Source: an uncultured Candidatus Binatia bacterium
GTDB taxonomy: Bacteria > Desulfobacterota > Binatia > UBA9968 > CAXXLF01
NCBI GenBank assembly: GCA_965218425.1
Contig: OZ244621.1
Location: forward strand, 864,001-928,000
Length of the DNA: 64,000 nt
Direction: 5' to 3'
The number at the start of each line of letters is the position of its first letter. Within the stretch, counting starts at the first letter, position 1. A program made the translations under genes and the position numbers. The notes beneath the pieces are model-generated. The model did not search any database. It had not been told where the DNA came from and saw only the letters and a program-made list of their open reading frames with translations. This document shows, piece after piece, positions 31,565 through 42,349 of the stretch.

Positions 31565-32935
31565 TCAATCATCCAACCGATTTCGAGATATCTGCGCTTG
31601 AATCTCCTCCTGTAGGCGTTTCAGTCGAGAACTGAGCTCAACCGAATAAAGGGCAGGACTTCGAAGGGATTTATAGCGATCATCAAGGTGGGCGAATTCC
31701 TCAAGAAAGTTGGCCCGAATCTCTTTGAGACTGGGAAGGGGAGCAATCTTTTTCCCGTTTTCCATGACCTTGTTGAGCAACGCATCTGCCCCTGGATGAC
31801 TCTCTTCACGAAGACCAAGAACGTCCCCCTTGAGCTCAGCCGAACGAAAAATCTGTTTGCGGCCGGGCAAGGATACTTTGCCGGTACTGAGCTTCAAGAC
31901 CGGCCGTCCGTTGTAATCAACCAACTTGTAAGCCATGTCGAGCCAGGGCTGATCCGCGGAGACTCCCATCCGGGTCCCAACGCCGTACAAATCGTAGGGG
32001 GCATTGGCCGAAGAGAGTTCCGCTAGATCGAATTCGTCGAGGCCTCCGCTACCCACAATTATTACATCACCCAGACCCGCCTCATCGAACATGCGCCTCA
32101 CCTCTCGTGCCAGATAGAGCAAGTCCCCGCTATCAATGCGCACACCTCTCAAGCGTTGCCCTTTGGCTGCCATCTCGTGAGCAACAGCTATCGCCCGGCG
32201 GGCGCCCGCAAGGGTGTCATAGGTATCGATGAGCAACGTCGAGTTGGCAGGGAAGCTCGCAACGAAACTCCGAAACGCATCGATCTCGTGCTCGAAACTG
32301 GAAACAAACGAATGAGCCATGGTTCCGACGATAGGGATGCCGTAGCGTTTACCCGCCAGTGTGTTGCTAGTGGAATTGCATCCACCAATGTAGCTTGCCC
32401 GTGCCGCCTTCATCCCCGCATCGATCCCCTGGGCGCGCCTGAGAGCAAAATCCACCACGGCCCTCCCTTGAGCCGCATGCACACACCGTGCAGCCTTACT
32501 GGCAATCAAGGCCTGCAGATTAACCTGATTGATGATAAACGATTCTACCAGCTGAGCCTCAATGACGGGTGCAGTGACCTCGAGGACGGGTTCGTCCTTG
32601 AAGAAAAGCCGGCCCTCCGGAACAGCCCAGACTTCGCCGGTAAATCGCAAGTCTTTCAAAAAATCCAGAAATTCGTCGGCAAAAATTTCCGTGGAGTGAA
32701 GATAATCAATATCCTCTGGTTGAAAGGCAAATTCCTCCAGGAAGTTTAAGACGTCTTCCAATCCCGCCGAGACGAAATAACCACGGCCCGGCGGATAGGC
32801 ACGGACGAACAGGCTGAAACTTGCAGGCGCAACTTTCCTACTCTGAAAATAGCCCTGGGCCATGGTAAGCTGGTAAAGATCCATGAGCAGGGCAAGCTGT
32901 TTAAATTGATCCAATGAAGATGTCCTCGCCTCCAA
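31565..32935 (-). CDS. pncB: Nicotinate phosphoribosyltransferase
   Basis: DLYQLTM, DFALRR, GTMAHS, LIDTYD, GVRIDSGD, GVGT. Confidence 0.92.
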   Translation of the reverse strand: MEARTSSLDQFKQLALLMDLYQLTMAQGYFQSRKVAPASFSLFVRAYPPGRGYFVSAGLEDVLNFLEEFAFQPEDIDYLHSTEIFADEFLDFLKDLRFTGEVWAVPEGRLFFKDEPVLEVTAPVIEAQLVESFIINQVNLQALIASKAARCVHAAQGRAVVDFALRRAQGIDAGMKAARASYIGGCNSTSNTLAGKRYGIPIVGTMAHSFVSSFEHEIDAFRSFVASFPANSTLLIDTYDTLAGARRAIAVAHEMAAKGQRLRGVRIDSGDLLYLAREVRRMFDEAGLGDVIIVGSGGLDEFDLAELSSANAPYDLYGVGTRMGVSADQPWLDMAYKLVDYNGRPVLKLSTGKVSLPGRKQIFRSAELKGDVLGLREESHPGADALLNKVMENGKKIAPLPSLKEIRANFLEEFAHLDDRYKSLRSPALYSVELSSRLKRLQEEIQAQISRNRLDD

Positions 32936-33065
32936 AATCCCGCCAAGTGTAGTGTATCAACGACACTAAGTAAAGTTACGGATTGGGGATGTTGATTTCC
33001 AATGGCTCTTCTGGTATCCAACTCATAACGTAATTTGAAACCATGGGCCTGAAGAGGAGGTTTTT

Positions 33066-33782
33066 ATGTTTACGGATAAGGTGGATCTTAAAGACGTTGA
33101 AAAATTAGACCCAGAATACCAGGAACTCTTGGGACGGGTCATGACCATTCAATGTGACTGTGAGGTCGGGGGTCCCCACCTATATATAGAGGACATTCTG
33201 CCTACCGCTCCCACCAAGATTGACCAACTGATTGTGGCCCGGACCGCCGCTGAGGAACTGGACCACTATCGCAAGATGGCCCGCATCGCCGGGGATATCG
33301 GAGTGGACACATCTCACGTCCTCAGCTGGCCGAATCAAAAACGGTATGTAGAGGCATTTCGCGGCAAAATCACTACCTGGGAAGACTTCGCTGTTTTCGG
33401 TCTTCTCATTGATCGAGTCGGCCGCTACCAGCTGGAGGAATTTCAGGGCGGAAGCTATCTCCCGCTTGATCGCCTCCTGCCTGATATCTTGAAGGAGGAG
33501 GAGGGGCACCTCGATTTTGGTACCAATAAGACAGCCGAGCTTGCAGCCAAGGGTGGAGAGTCCAAAGAGAGAGTCCAAAAGGCCATCAACTATTGGTATA
33601 TCAAGGGACTCGACATGTTTGGCAAGTCCGAATCACCCAGATCCGAGCGCTACCGCTATTGGGGTCTGAAGCGACGCTCCAATGCCGAGGCCAGAGAACA
33701 GTATAGACAAGAAGTTAATGGTCTTATCGAGCAGATAGGTCTTCAGGTACCAGAATTACAAGAGAAACGGCTCTTCACCTAG
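33066..33782 (+). CDS. PaaA/PaaC-family ferritin-like diiron protein
   Basis: QCDCE, TAPT, EELDH, SYLPL, EEEGH, LDMFG, WGLKRRSN. Confidence 0.8.
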   Translation: MFTDKVDLKDVEKLDPEYQELLGRVMTIQCDCEVGGPHLYIEDILPTAPTKIDQLIVARTAAEELDHYRKMARIAGDIGVDTSHVLSWPNQKRYVEAFRGKITTWEDFAVFGLLIDRVGRYQLEEFQGGSYLPLDRLLPDILKEEEGHLDFGTNKTAELAAKGGESKERVQKAINYWYIKGLDMFGKSESPRSERYRYWGLKRRSNAEAREQYRQEVNGLIEQIGLQVPELQEKRLFT

Positions 33783-33804
33783 AGAACGGAAGGAAGTAAA
33801 TAAG

Positions 33805-33993
33805 ATGGAGAAGGCACCCAATATCGATGCGCTTGACGAGCATCTAAAAGAAGTAATTCAGGCGATCCATGGAGCGGTCAATTGGGCCATGCCCCACCTC
33901 AACGATTCAAAGGTGACGGACAAGGCGATCCAGGATTGTAAGGAGATATTAGACGTCATGATGGAGGGGAAGGTTTCCGAGTGGCTGGAGTAG
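33805..33993 (+). CDS. Small acidic helical hypothetical protein
   Basis: 62-aa ORF 22 bp after the diiron gene, with purine-rich RBS GGAAGG. Confidence 0.6.
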   Translation: MEKAPNIDALDEHLKEVIQAIHGAVNWAMPHLNDSKVTDKAIQDCKEILDVMMEGKVSEWLE

Positions 33994-34109
33994 GCAAGCC
34001 CAGCCGCCCATGGACCTAGCCACAAATTGATTAGTCGCCTAACCCATTATTAAGTGGGTGTGGGATTAGTGTTAATTCACATCCCATTAAATCATCGAGG
34101 ATCAAACCA

Positions 34110-34889
34110 GTGGACGTCGTTGTTTGCGCTAAGGTCATACCCGCCAGTTCTGTAACCATCGAAATTGACCCCGCCACAAAATGCATGATTCGAAAGGGCG
34201 TAACCCATGAGCTGGACCCTGCAGCCGCCAGCGCCCTTGAGGAGGGACTCCGTCTCACTGAAAAACATGGCGGCACGGTCACGGTAGTCACCATGGGAAC
34301 CACGGATGCGACCATTGGTATCCGGACCGCTCTTGCCATGGGAGCGACAGCAGCGGTTCATATTTTAGATGATGCCGTGGCCGGTTCTGATACCCTCGGT
34401 ACCGCCAAGGTGCTGGCAGCGGCCATTAAAAAACAACCCTTCGATTTGATCCTCTGCGCTACGGAAAGCAGTGACAGTTATTCCGGCATCGTACCGGTCC
34501 AAGTGGCTTACCTGTTAGGAGTCACCCCCCTCACTTTTGCCAAAGAGATTACCCTCAACGAAGGTAAAGCAACCATCAAAAGACAGAGTGAAACCGGTTA
34601 CGAGGTGGTGGAAGCAGCTTGCCCTGTGCTCATTACCACCACCAGCGGCATCAACGAGCCCCGTTACCCGCAATTGAAAGGCATCATGGCCGCCAAGAAA
34701 AAAGAGATAAAGAAATTCACCGCCGCCGATTTGGGACTAGGGGCAGATCAAGTGGGTAGCTCGGGAGCCAGGGAAAAGGTATTGAGCGTCGGGAGACCTC
34801 CCGCCCGCCAGGCGGGCAAGGTCATCACGGACGAAGGGGAAGGCGGGAAGCAGATCGTTGACTTTCTCGCCGAGTTGAAGGTAATCTAG
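34110..34889 (+). CDS. etfB: Electron transfer flavoprotein beta subunit
   Basis: VVCAKVIP, ALAMGA, SDTLGTAKVLA, INEPRYP. Confidence 0.92.
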   Translation: MDVVVCAKVIPASSVTIEIDPATKCMIRKGVTHELDPAAASALEEGLRLTEKHGGTVTVVTMGTTDATIGIRTALAMGATAAVHILDDAVAGSDTLGTAKVLAAAIKKQPFDLILCATESSDSYSGIVPVQVAYLLGVTPLTFAKEITLNEGKATIKRQSETGYEVVEAACPVLITTTSGINEPRYPQLKGIMAAKKKEIKKFTAADLGLGADQVGSSGAREKVLSVGRPPARQAGKVITDEGEGGKQIVDFLAELKVI

Positions 34890-35858
34890 ATGGCCGATCT
34901 CATTTGGGTCTACGCCGAAGTGGTGGAAAATGAGATCACGCACACCACCTTGGAAATGCTCGCAAAGGCATCTGAGCTTGGCACGGCAGAGGCAATCCTG
35001 CTGGGTCCTGCTCCCGACAGCGCTGTTGCAACCCTCGGGAATCACGGTGCCAGCAAAGTTTACCGATCCCCCGATGCTGTCTATCGAGATTACTTGACTC
35101 TACCCGCCGCAGAGACCATTGCCGGTTTAATCCGTAAACATCAGCCCGCTGTGATGCTCTTTGCTTCGAGTTACTATGGCAGGGACGTAGCCGCTGCCCT
35201 GAGCGCAACCCTGGACTGCGGCGCCATCGCTGATGTTTCCGACTTTGTGTTAAAAGATGGCTCCGTTGAAGCCACCATCCCCGCCCTCGGAGGCAGTTAC
35301 CAAAGCACCTCCACCCTGGTGAGCCCCGGCACTAAATTGCTCCTGGTGCGCCCAAAATCCTTTGAGCCCAAGCCAGGTAGCAACACTGCCACAGTAGAAG
35401 AGGTGGAAGCGGCCTCCGATACAGCGAATCAGAAGGCCCATGTGACCGATCGGGTGACAGTCAAGCAAGAGGGTCCTCAACTGGAGGGGGCGAAATTTGT
35501 CGTCTCGGGAGGCCGGGGACTAAAAGGTGCCGAACATTTTGAGATGCTACGCGGTTTAGCGGACCTGCTTGGCGGAGCCGTGGGGGCGTCCCGGGCCGCA
35601 GTGGACGCCGGCTGGGTTCCCTATTCCACACAGGTGGGTCAAACCGGTAAGACGGTGAAACCCGAAGTTTACTTCGCCTGCGGGATTTCAGGTGCCATCC
35701 AACACCTGGCTGGCATGAAGGAATCCAAAACTATTATTGCAATCAACAAGGATCCCGAAGCCCCCATCTTCCAGGTGTCCGACCTGGGAGTTGTAGGCGA
35801 TGTTTTTCAAGTCATTCCTCAACTCGTCGAGGAAATCAAAAAACGCAAGGCTTCCTAG
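34890..35858 (+). CDS. etfA: Electron transfer flavoprotein alpha subunit
   Basis: [37 protein letters not shown]. Confidence 0.95.
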   Translation: MADLIWVYAEVVENEITHTTLEMLAKASELGTAEAILLGPAPDSAVATLGNHGASKVYRSPDAVYRDYLTLPAAETIAGLIRKHQPAVMLFASSYYGRDVAAALSATLDCGAIADVSDFVLKDGSVEATIPALGGSYQSTSTLVSPGTKLLLVRPKSFEPKPGSNTATVEEVEAASDTANQKAHVTDRVTVKQEGPQLEGAKFVVSGGRGLKGAEHFEMLRGLADLLGGAVGASRAAVDAGWVPYSTQVGQTGKTVKPEVYFACGISGAIQHLAGMKESKTIIAINKDPEAPIFQVSDLGVVGDVFQVIPQLVEEIKKRKAS

Positions 35859-36065
35859 GCCCTGCGGTGCCGACTCCCAGTTCCCAGAAGATCAGGACCT
35901 GTGCGGTCCGGGCATTCGTTAAACAACCCATGATTTCCCTTTTGCTTACCCGCCCCCATGGAGTTCAAACCGGGAACTCGTATTGGACTGGAAAAAAAAT
36001 CGTGGTAAGTAGCAAAGGACTCATTGTAGACCAGACAGCCTGGCCAATCCGAAGGAGGATAAGAA

Positions 36066-37199
36066 ATGCGCATTATCGACGTTGACGGTCATGTTCACGA
36101 GCCTGAGGAAATGTTTGCGCACTTGCCGGAGGAGTTTTACCCCAGAAGACCCATTCGCGTATTCTTGCCAAGAGATACCATTAGGGAAGATTTCAACGGC
36201 TGCTGGATTATCGATGGGAAAACCCATCCTCACATGGGAGGCCGCGGCCGTACTACTTTTCTGGTGCCAGGCGATGAACGGTCAAAGAGAAAGAACGTTA
36301 CTCTAGGATCGTTGACTTTAGGCGACATGGATGCACGGGTGGCGGACCTGGACCGGCTTGGAATCGATATTCAAGTAATCTTTCCCACCATGTTTCTGGT
36401 ATCCGTTGCGGAGGACGTGAAGCTTGAGGGGGCACTCTTCCAAGCCTACAACACCTATGTGGGTGAAGCCTGCGCCAAGTCCAACGGGCGGGTCAGATGG
36501 GTGGCGCTAGTGCCGTTCCGGGATCCGGATGTTGCATTGCCCGAGATTCGACGGGTCAAGGAGTTGGGGGCAGCGGGAATTTTCACCATGGGAATGGTGT
36601 GGGACCGAACTTTGGCGGACCCCGCTTTTTTCCCCGTCTACCAGCAAGCCGCAGAGTCGGAATTACCCATTTGCGTTCACCTGGGATGGGCGTCGCCTCA
36701 AGTAACGAACCTTTTTTCTGACGCCCAGTCTTTTTTTGCTTCCGCAACCATACCCGTGATTTGGGGGTTCACTTTCGTAATGGGGTACGGTCTCGTGAAT
36801 CGCTTTGCCGGGCTCCGGTTCGGATTTTTCGAGAGCGGGTCTGAGTGGGTCCCCTATTCCATCAAGCAGTTGCGTCGCCGCGCGAAACCCCTCACCCTCG
36901 CGCGCCCATTGGCAAATCGACCAAGTTTTGGAACCGGTTTTGATCAGCAGTACTACCAGGATCCGGAGGAGCTTTTTCGATCCGGGAAGGTCTTTGTGAA
37001 CTGCGAGGGAGACGAAAACTTCAACTACCTCACTGAAAGCATAGGCGAGGATTCATTGATGTGCTCTTCGGATTTCCCCCACGCTGACCCCTCAGCGGAG
37101 GAGAACTTTGTGGATCACTGGCGCAACCGGACCGACATCCCCGACAGGATAAAAAACAAGCTCCTGGGGGAAAATGCTTCGCGCTTTTTTAGGTTTTAA
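36066..37199 (+). CDS. Amidohydrolase_2 family protein
   Basis: IDVDGHVHE, CVH, FESG, SSDFPH, LGENA. Confidence 0.88.
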   Translation: MRIIDVDGHVHEPEEMFAHLPEEFYPRRPIRVFLPRDTIREDFNGCWIIDGKTHPHMGGRGRTTFLVPGDERSKRKNVTLGSLTLGDMDARVADLDRLGIDIQVIFPTMFLVSVAEDVKLEGALFQAYNTYVGEACAKSNGRVRWVALVPFRDPDVALPEIRRVKELGAAGIFTMGMVWDRTLADPAFFPVYQQAAESELPICVHLGWASPQVTNLFSDAQSFFASATIPVIWGFTFVMGYGLVNRFAGLRFGFFESGSEWVPYSIKQLRRRAKPLTLARPLANRPSFGTGFDQQYYQDPEELFRSGKVFVNCEGDENFNYLTESIGEDSLMCSSDFPHADPSAEENFVDHWRNRTDIPDRIKNKLLGENASRFFRF

Positions 37200-37214
37200 C
37201 CCAACCGCATGTAG

Positions 37215-37239
37215 AATGGGAGGTCTTTGACCTCCCATT
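37215..37239. terminator. Perfect hairpin between convergent genes
   Basis: AATGGGAGGTC-TTT-GACCTCCCATT. Confidence 0.6.
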
Positions 37240-37254
37240 TCAGTCCAGGAAAAG

Positions 37255-38352
37255 CTAACGGCCAAATACTTTTCTGAGAATCGGATTAAGTTTCTTCTTT
37301 TTTGCCAAGGCCTCTTCCGTATAGGTCTTGATGGAGTCTTCCCTGGGAATCCGCCATTCCCGAACATGATCCGTCGACACATCCTTGCGTGCACTGACGT
37401 AGCTCATTTCTTGAACGTAAGCCGTCTGGGCCTCCTTGGAAAGGAGCCAGTTGATGAATACTTTGGCGGCATTGGGATGAGGCGCCTTGTCAATCAGCGC
37501 CACAGCGCCGTTTGCAGGGTTTCTATCGGAACCCTCTTTCACAGTACGCGGGTCCACAAGACCGATGGGCACCCCCTGGCGTATTTTATACTCGGCGGTG
37601 GCATCAGAGCTGCCAATTAGAATTGGGTAGCGACCGCGAGCCAATCCATTGAGCTCTTGCTGATAGTCCCGCAGAATTAGGAGATTTTGCTTGGCCAAAG
37701 ACCGGATGTAGTCGACTCCCAGGTCCGGGTGTAAATAGAAAAAGAGAAAGGTGCCGTTTCCCGGGCCGGGTTTGCGTGGGTCGTCCAACGCGATTTTCCC
37801 TTTCCACTTGGGGTCGAGAAGGTCCTTGTGGGAGGTCAGCTCTCCCGGCTTCACCATCTTTGGGTTGATGAAAAGGGTAGCTCGCTGGTAGGGGCTGAAG
37901 ACTAACTGCAATTTTGCAGCCCGATCCGCAAACTCCTGGCTTCCACCACGCCAATTCTTGGGGTCTTTTACCGTCGGGAGAATGAACGTTTCCCTCAAAT
38001 TTGCAAGCGCCCCTCCAGGGGCCAAGGAAGTTAAGCCCGTGGTTGTGCCACCCACATACACGTCCCAAAGGTAGCGTTGAGCCCGTCGCTCGGTCAGGAC
38101 ACGCGGAGAAATGGTACGGCCAGATCCCCCGATATATCGTACCTTAATCCCGTATTTCTTTTGGAACGGCCCCACAAGGACGTCTCGGGCCTGAACCTGT
38201 CTTGGACCCAGCACCGACACAACCCCTTCTTTCTTGGCTGCGGCCAGAGTCTTCTCCCATTCTTCCTGCCAGTCCAGTTGAGACATTGCCTCCGGGACTA
38301 GCCACATCAGCAATGCAATAAACGAACCTGCCGAAATAATCCCTTTCATCAT
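37255..38352 (-). CDS. Extracellular solute-binding protein (ABC, Fe3+/thiamine-like cluster)
   Basis: Signal peptide; AAKKEG, DLLDPKWKGKI, APHPNAAKVFINWLLS; RBS GGAGG. Confidence 0.85.
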   Translation of the reverse strand: MMKGIISAGSFIALLMWLVPEAMSQLDWQEEWEKTLAAAKKEGVVSVLGPRQVQARDVLVGPFQKKYGIKVRYIGGSGRTISPRVLTERRAQRYLWDVYVGGTTTGLTSLAPGGALANLRETFILPTVKDPKNWRGGSQEFADRAAKLQLVFSPYQRATLFINPKMVKPGELTSHKDLLDPKWKGKIALDDPRKPGPGNGTFLFFYLHPDLGVDYIRSLAKQNLLILRDYQQELNGLARGRYPILIGSSDATAEYKIRQGVPIGLVDPRTVKEGSDRNPANGAVALIDKAPHPNAAKVFINWLLSKEAQTAYVQEMSYVSARKDVSTDHVREWRIPREDSIKTYTEEALAKKKKLNPILRKVFGR

Positions 38353-38670
38353 TTGAACCTCCCTGAATGGCGTGTTGCCAATTAAACTTTCGGAAGTCGA
38401 GATAGCATTATAAAGCACAGGTGTTACGGAAGGTCAACCGGATCAGGAGCCGGTGATACTACTTTAGCGTCACAAAAAACTTCAACTCAGGAAACTGTTT
38501 GATAAATCACCCCTTGACGTGCGTCGAGTCGAACTTATCTTTTCAAAATAATTACGGAAAGGAGGCGGCAACCCGGCCGCGCAAGATTACAGTCAAGAGC
38601 GGATAAACGCCACGCAGAAATCTCTTGCTTCACCCTGTTCCCAAATTGATCGCATCGGAGACCAGCGGTT

Positions 38671-39275
38671 CTGCTGACTAAGAATCACTAAATAATCCTT
38701 GGGGTCTCTCAGATCGAAAGTCCTGCTGGCATTCAAGACGCCTTTCGAGAACTAGCCAAGAAATACCGTCCCATGTGGTAGGGCCTGAGGGCACCCAGCG
38801 CTTTCAGGAGGTTTTAGAAGCATACAGGCATCCGATCCAGAATTGAAAGCCCCGTACGACTACACCCGGGAACCTGCTCAGCGGGGGTATGGGAGCAGAG
38901 CGGAACCACTCATTCCTGGTAAGGGCGAGAGACCTGAATCCTTGAATGAAAAGTGCGACAGTATCCGTCTTAAGAGGCTTTCAGACGGTCCGCCCATCCT
39001 TTGATCAGATCTTTGGCCGATTGTTTTGGAATTTTTCTGACATCGGAATTCCGAAAGGGGAGCGCATACAAGTCCTCAACTTGGAAATCATCCTATCCCC
39101 AGGTGAAGCTGCTGAAGGTGGCATCTTACCCCGGGCGTTCCCGTCTTGCGCCGCTTCCCCTAATGCGGGAGATCTGGGCGGGACCGGCTATTTCCCTACA
39201 CCTATTGCCGGGAACAAGGAATGATTGAAGAGGAACAGACGATCCAAATCCGTTCCTCGCAATGGTCCCGGAACT
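38671..39275 (+). pseudogene. DnaJ/J-domain protein relic
   Basis: KNH*IILGVSQ...IQDAFRELAKKYRP / RFQEVLEAY / SDP...YD, then LEIILSPGEAAEGG; stops and frameshifts. Confidence 0.6.
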
Positions 39276-39276
39276 C

Positions 39277-39515
39277 GGCTGTCTAGCATCCGTCTGGCGG
39301 CCTCGTGCCGGCGTTTCGCCCTTATGGCGGCAATGGCCTTCTTGAACTGACGCAGTCTCGGTAGTCCCAGGTTGAACACCATATTCAGCAAAACATTTTT
39401 GCGCACTCCGTTGAGACGGGCGAACCTGTGAGCCTACCCACCGTGTCACGATAAGGCTTGAGGCGAAGCCCTTCATGACGGATGAGGACTTCTTGGAGAC
39501 GACTCGGGCACCCAT
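39277..39515 (-). pseudogene. T4-type (GH24) phage lysozyme relic with internal deletion
   Basis: LIRHEGLRLKPYRDTVGRLT joined out of frame to FARLNGVRKNVLLNMVFNLG..F..A...EAARRMLDSR; RBS GGAGGT. Confidence 0.75.
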
Positions 39516-39644
39516 ACCTCCATTGGTAACGAAACCTACAATTTCACGTCACCCACGACCAGACGCGCCACAGAATCCACGAAACATGAGGTTACACCTT
39601 TGGTGGATTCAAAGGACGAAAGGAAACGAAAAGGGGCTCGGCTG

Positions 39645-41093
39645 CTAGCGAACCCCCCTGATAACGAGCCGGTCGTCAGTGAAGCAGAGGAGCGACTTTT
39701 TCTCGTTGATCTCGGTTTCCAGTACCACCTCCCTTTGCCATAGCTGATGAAGGTACTGGAGAGTTCTCTCAGCGTATTCCAGGTGGAGATCTCTGCCATC
39801 ATGGTGGTGCTTGATATAGAGCGCCCGGTTGTTATGGTAATCTGCGTCTTCGATCCTAATGACGGGAATGGATCCCATGCCAACGTCACGAATCAGGGTG
39901 TCTTTGATGTCCCGCCAGTTTTCCTTATCGGCAACCCGGCTGACGACCTTCTTGTCACCCCGTGTCTGGTACTCGAAAAGGTTTAACTCTCGAATCAGGT
40001 CTTCAGTTAAATAACGGCGCAAAAAGGATGCATCCCTTTCCACCTCTCGAACCTCGAATAGCTTGTCCCGGCCCCCATTTTTCTTGCCGGCACCCTTCTT
40101 CTTTTTTTCCTCCGGGTCGGAATTGTCCCATCTTTTTTCAATGTCTTCCCACATCTTCATTCCCAAATGGTAGGGGTTGATTCCGCCCGGCGCCGGGTTC
40201 AGAACCTGGTTGTGACGAACCATAAACTCCAATTGGAAACCCTGGGGCAGATCTAATGCATCCAGAATACGTTTGTGCCAAAAGCTGGCCCATCCCTCGT
40301 TCATGATTTTTGTCTCGATCTGCGGGATGAAATACTGCGTCTCTTCATGGGCAATGGTGAGAAGATCCTTTTCCCACTCACCGAGAAATGGGTTGTGGTC
40401 TCGAATGAACAGGAGGATATCTTCTTGCGGGTATAGCGGGACTTTGGTCAAGTCCGGGGCCACATACTCCGTGCGACGGTGGATGGACTGAAACGGATCC
40501 ACCGTGGGCTTGGACTGGGCAATGCGTTGCTCTTCCTCCTCGGCCCGGGTCTGCTTTTTGATGGCCATGTTACGACGACATTGGAAAGACAATGCATGGG
40601 CTGCGTCGAGGACGCGTTCCACTTTTTCCATTCCAATGCTGGGATCCTCCACATATTCACGCACACGATCCGCATGGGCCTTGAAGATTTCGATGGTGAA
40701 CTCCGCACGGGTCCACTGAAAGGTAAAATTGTTTTTGAAAAAATCGTTGTGGCCGTACACATGGGCCATGGTGAGGATTTGCAGGAGGAGCGAGTTATCC
40801 CGCATCAAATAGGCGATGCAGGGGTTAGAGTTGATGACCATCTCATAGGGGAGTCCTGAAATCCCATAGTCATAAAGGGTCTTCAACTTTTCGAAGCTTT
40901 TACCGTGGGACCAATGGGGATAGTGCGAGGGCATGCCGGAGTATGCCATATACCCCAGCATTTGCTCGTGATCACAGAGTTCGAATTCCAGGGGATAGAA
41001 ATCCAAGCCGAACTTGTGAACCAAGGCTAGAATTTTCTCGTTCCAGGATTCTAATTCGGAAATTTCGTAAGAGGCCATTCGGAAGCTGGTCAC
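39645..41093 (-). CDS. spoVR: SpoVR/YcgB family protein
   Basis: HWSHGK, YEMVINSNP, AHVYGHNDFFKNN, TKIMNEGWASFWH. Confidence 0.93.
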   Translation of the reverse strand: MTSFRMASYEISELESWNEKILALVHKFGLDFYPLEFELCDHEQMLGYMAYSGMPSHYPHWSHGKSFEKLKTLYDYGISGLPYEMVINSNPCIAYLMRDNSLLLQILTMAHVYGHNDFFKNNFTFQWTRAEFTIEIFKAHADRVREYVEDPSIGMEKVERVLDAAHALSFQCRRNMAIKKQTRAEEEEQRIAQSKPTVDPFQSIHRRTEYVAPDLTKVPLYPQEDILLFIRDHNPFLGEWEKDLLTIAHEETQYFIPQIETKIMNEGWASFWHKRILDALDLPQGFQLEFMVRHNQVLNPAPGGINPYHLGMKMWEDIEKRWDNSDPEEKKKKGAGKKNGGRDKLFEVREVERDASFLRRYLTEDLIRELNLFEYQTRGDKKVVSRVADKENWRDIKDTLIRDVGMGSIPVIRIEDADYHNNRALYIKHHHDGRDLHLEYAERTLQYLHQLWQREVVLETEINEKKSLLCFTDDRLVIRGVR

Positions 41094-42262
41094 GGCCCGT
41101 CTTGAGGGGCGTGCTCCTTGGAAAGAAAGGTCTTGAAGGAGGACCAGACGTCCTCTTTCCGTTGGATTTGCACCGTTTGAAAATTGTCCTTTTTCAGTTG
41201 GGAAAAGAAGTGCACCATGCTGCTACCGTAGTAGCCAGAACCCAAAGGTTTGATTTCCCCATAACCAAACAGATTCGAAATATTGGCTATCTCCTCCGCC
41301 GCTTGAAGCGCATTGGTGTTGTCCGATTCGAAGTTGTCGCCGTCCGAACAGTGAAACACGTAAACGTTCCAATGGGCGGAATGGTACCTTTCCTGGATAA
41401 CATCCAAGGCCTTGCGGTAACCCGATGAGATAAAGGTTCCACCCGACTCTCCCTTGTGAAAGAACTCATCTTCATCCACCTCACGAGCAACCGTATCGTG
41501 GGCAATAAAGACGATTTCCACCCGCCGGTATTTCGCACAGAGAAACTGATAGAGGAGAAAAAAGAAACTCCGCGCCAGGTATTTTTTCATGGTGTCCATG
41601 GAACCGGACGTATCCATGACGCAAAGGACCACCGCGTTGGATTCCTTCCGGGTTTCCACCACTTTGTGGCGATAGATGAGATCGTCGCTATGGAACGGAA
41701 ACCGTTCAGGCTCGTCCCTTTCGTCACGCTTGGCAGCCATTTTGCGCATCACTTTGGCAGCAACGGTGCGTTTTCTGTCCAAATGAACCCGAATCCCTTT
41801 TTTCCGGTAGCCCATTCGGCGCTGATGATGTTCGACTTCCAACTCTCTGAGACCCTTCCTCTGAAGAAAGGGTAGCTCCAGATCCTCGAACATTATCTCC
41901 ACCAGTTCATCCAAGCTCACATCGGTCTCGTAATAATCCACGCCGGGCTTATCCCCAGCCTGCTGACCTCCACCTTTATCCTCACCTTGCCCAATCACCT
42001 GACCCGGTTCGGTACCTTCTCCACCTTGCCCGACTCCGGACGTATTTTCGCCGTAAACGAATTTATACTCCTTAACACCACGGATGGGCACTTTGATGAT
42101 TCGGTCGCGGTCTTTCCCGATGATGGACTCTTCAGCGATGATGTCAGCGATGTTGTGCCGAATGGCCTCTCTCACCTTTTGGCGATGCCGCAGGCGGTCT
42201 CCAGCGCTACGGTCACTTCGCTCTGCCGAAGAGGGACGGTAGGAACGAAAAACGGTTTCCAT
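41090..42262 (-). CDS. yeaH: YeaH/YhbH (DUF444) vWA-domain protein
   Basis: MDTSGSM MIDAS motif, FIAH, ESGGT, SDGDN, YGEI; start uncertain (42262 or 42298). Confidence 0.9.
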   Translation of the reverse strand: METVFRSYRPSSAERSDRSAGDRLRHRQKVREAIRHNIADIIAEESIIGKDRDRIIKVPIRGVKEYKFVYGENTSGVGQGGEGTEPGQVIGQGEDKGGGQQAGDKPGVDYYETDVSLDELVEIMFEDLELPFLQRKGLRELEVEHHQRRMGYRKKGIRVHLDRKRTVAAKVMRKMAAKRDERDEPERFPFHSDDLIYRHKVVETRKESNAVVLCVMDTSGSMDTMKKYLARSFFFLLYQFLCAKYRRVEIVFIAHDTVAREVDEDEFFHKGESGGTFISSGYRKALDVIQERYHSAHWNVYVFHCSDGDNFESDNTNALQAAEEIANISNLFGYGEIKPLGSGYYGSSMVHFFSQLKKDNFQTVQIQRKEDVWSSFKTFLSKEHAPQDGP

Positions 42263-42349
42263 TGATCTGGCCAATAGCGGTATTGATTTCCTGGTCAATA
42301 ATGGGATCTTGAATCCCCCATTGGTCTTTTCACTACCCCTGCGGCCTCA

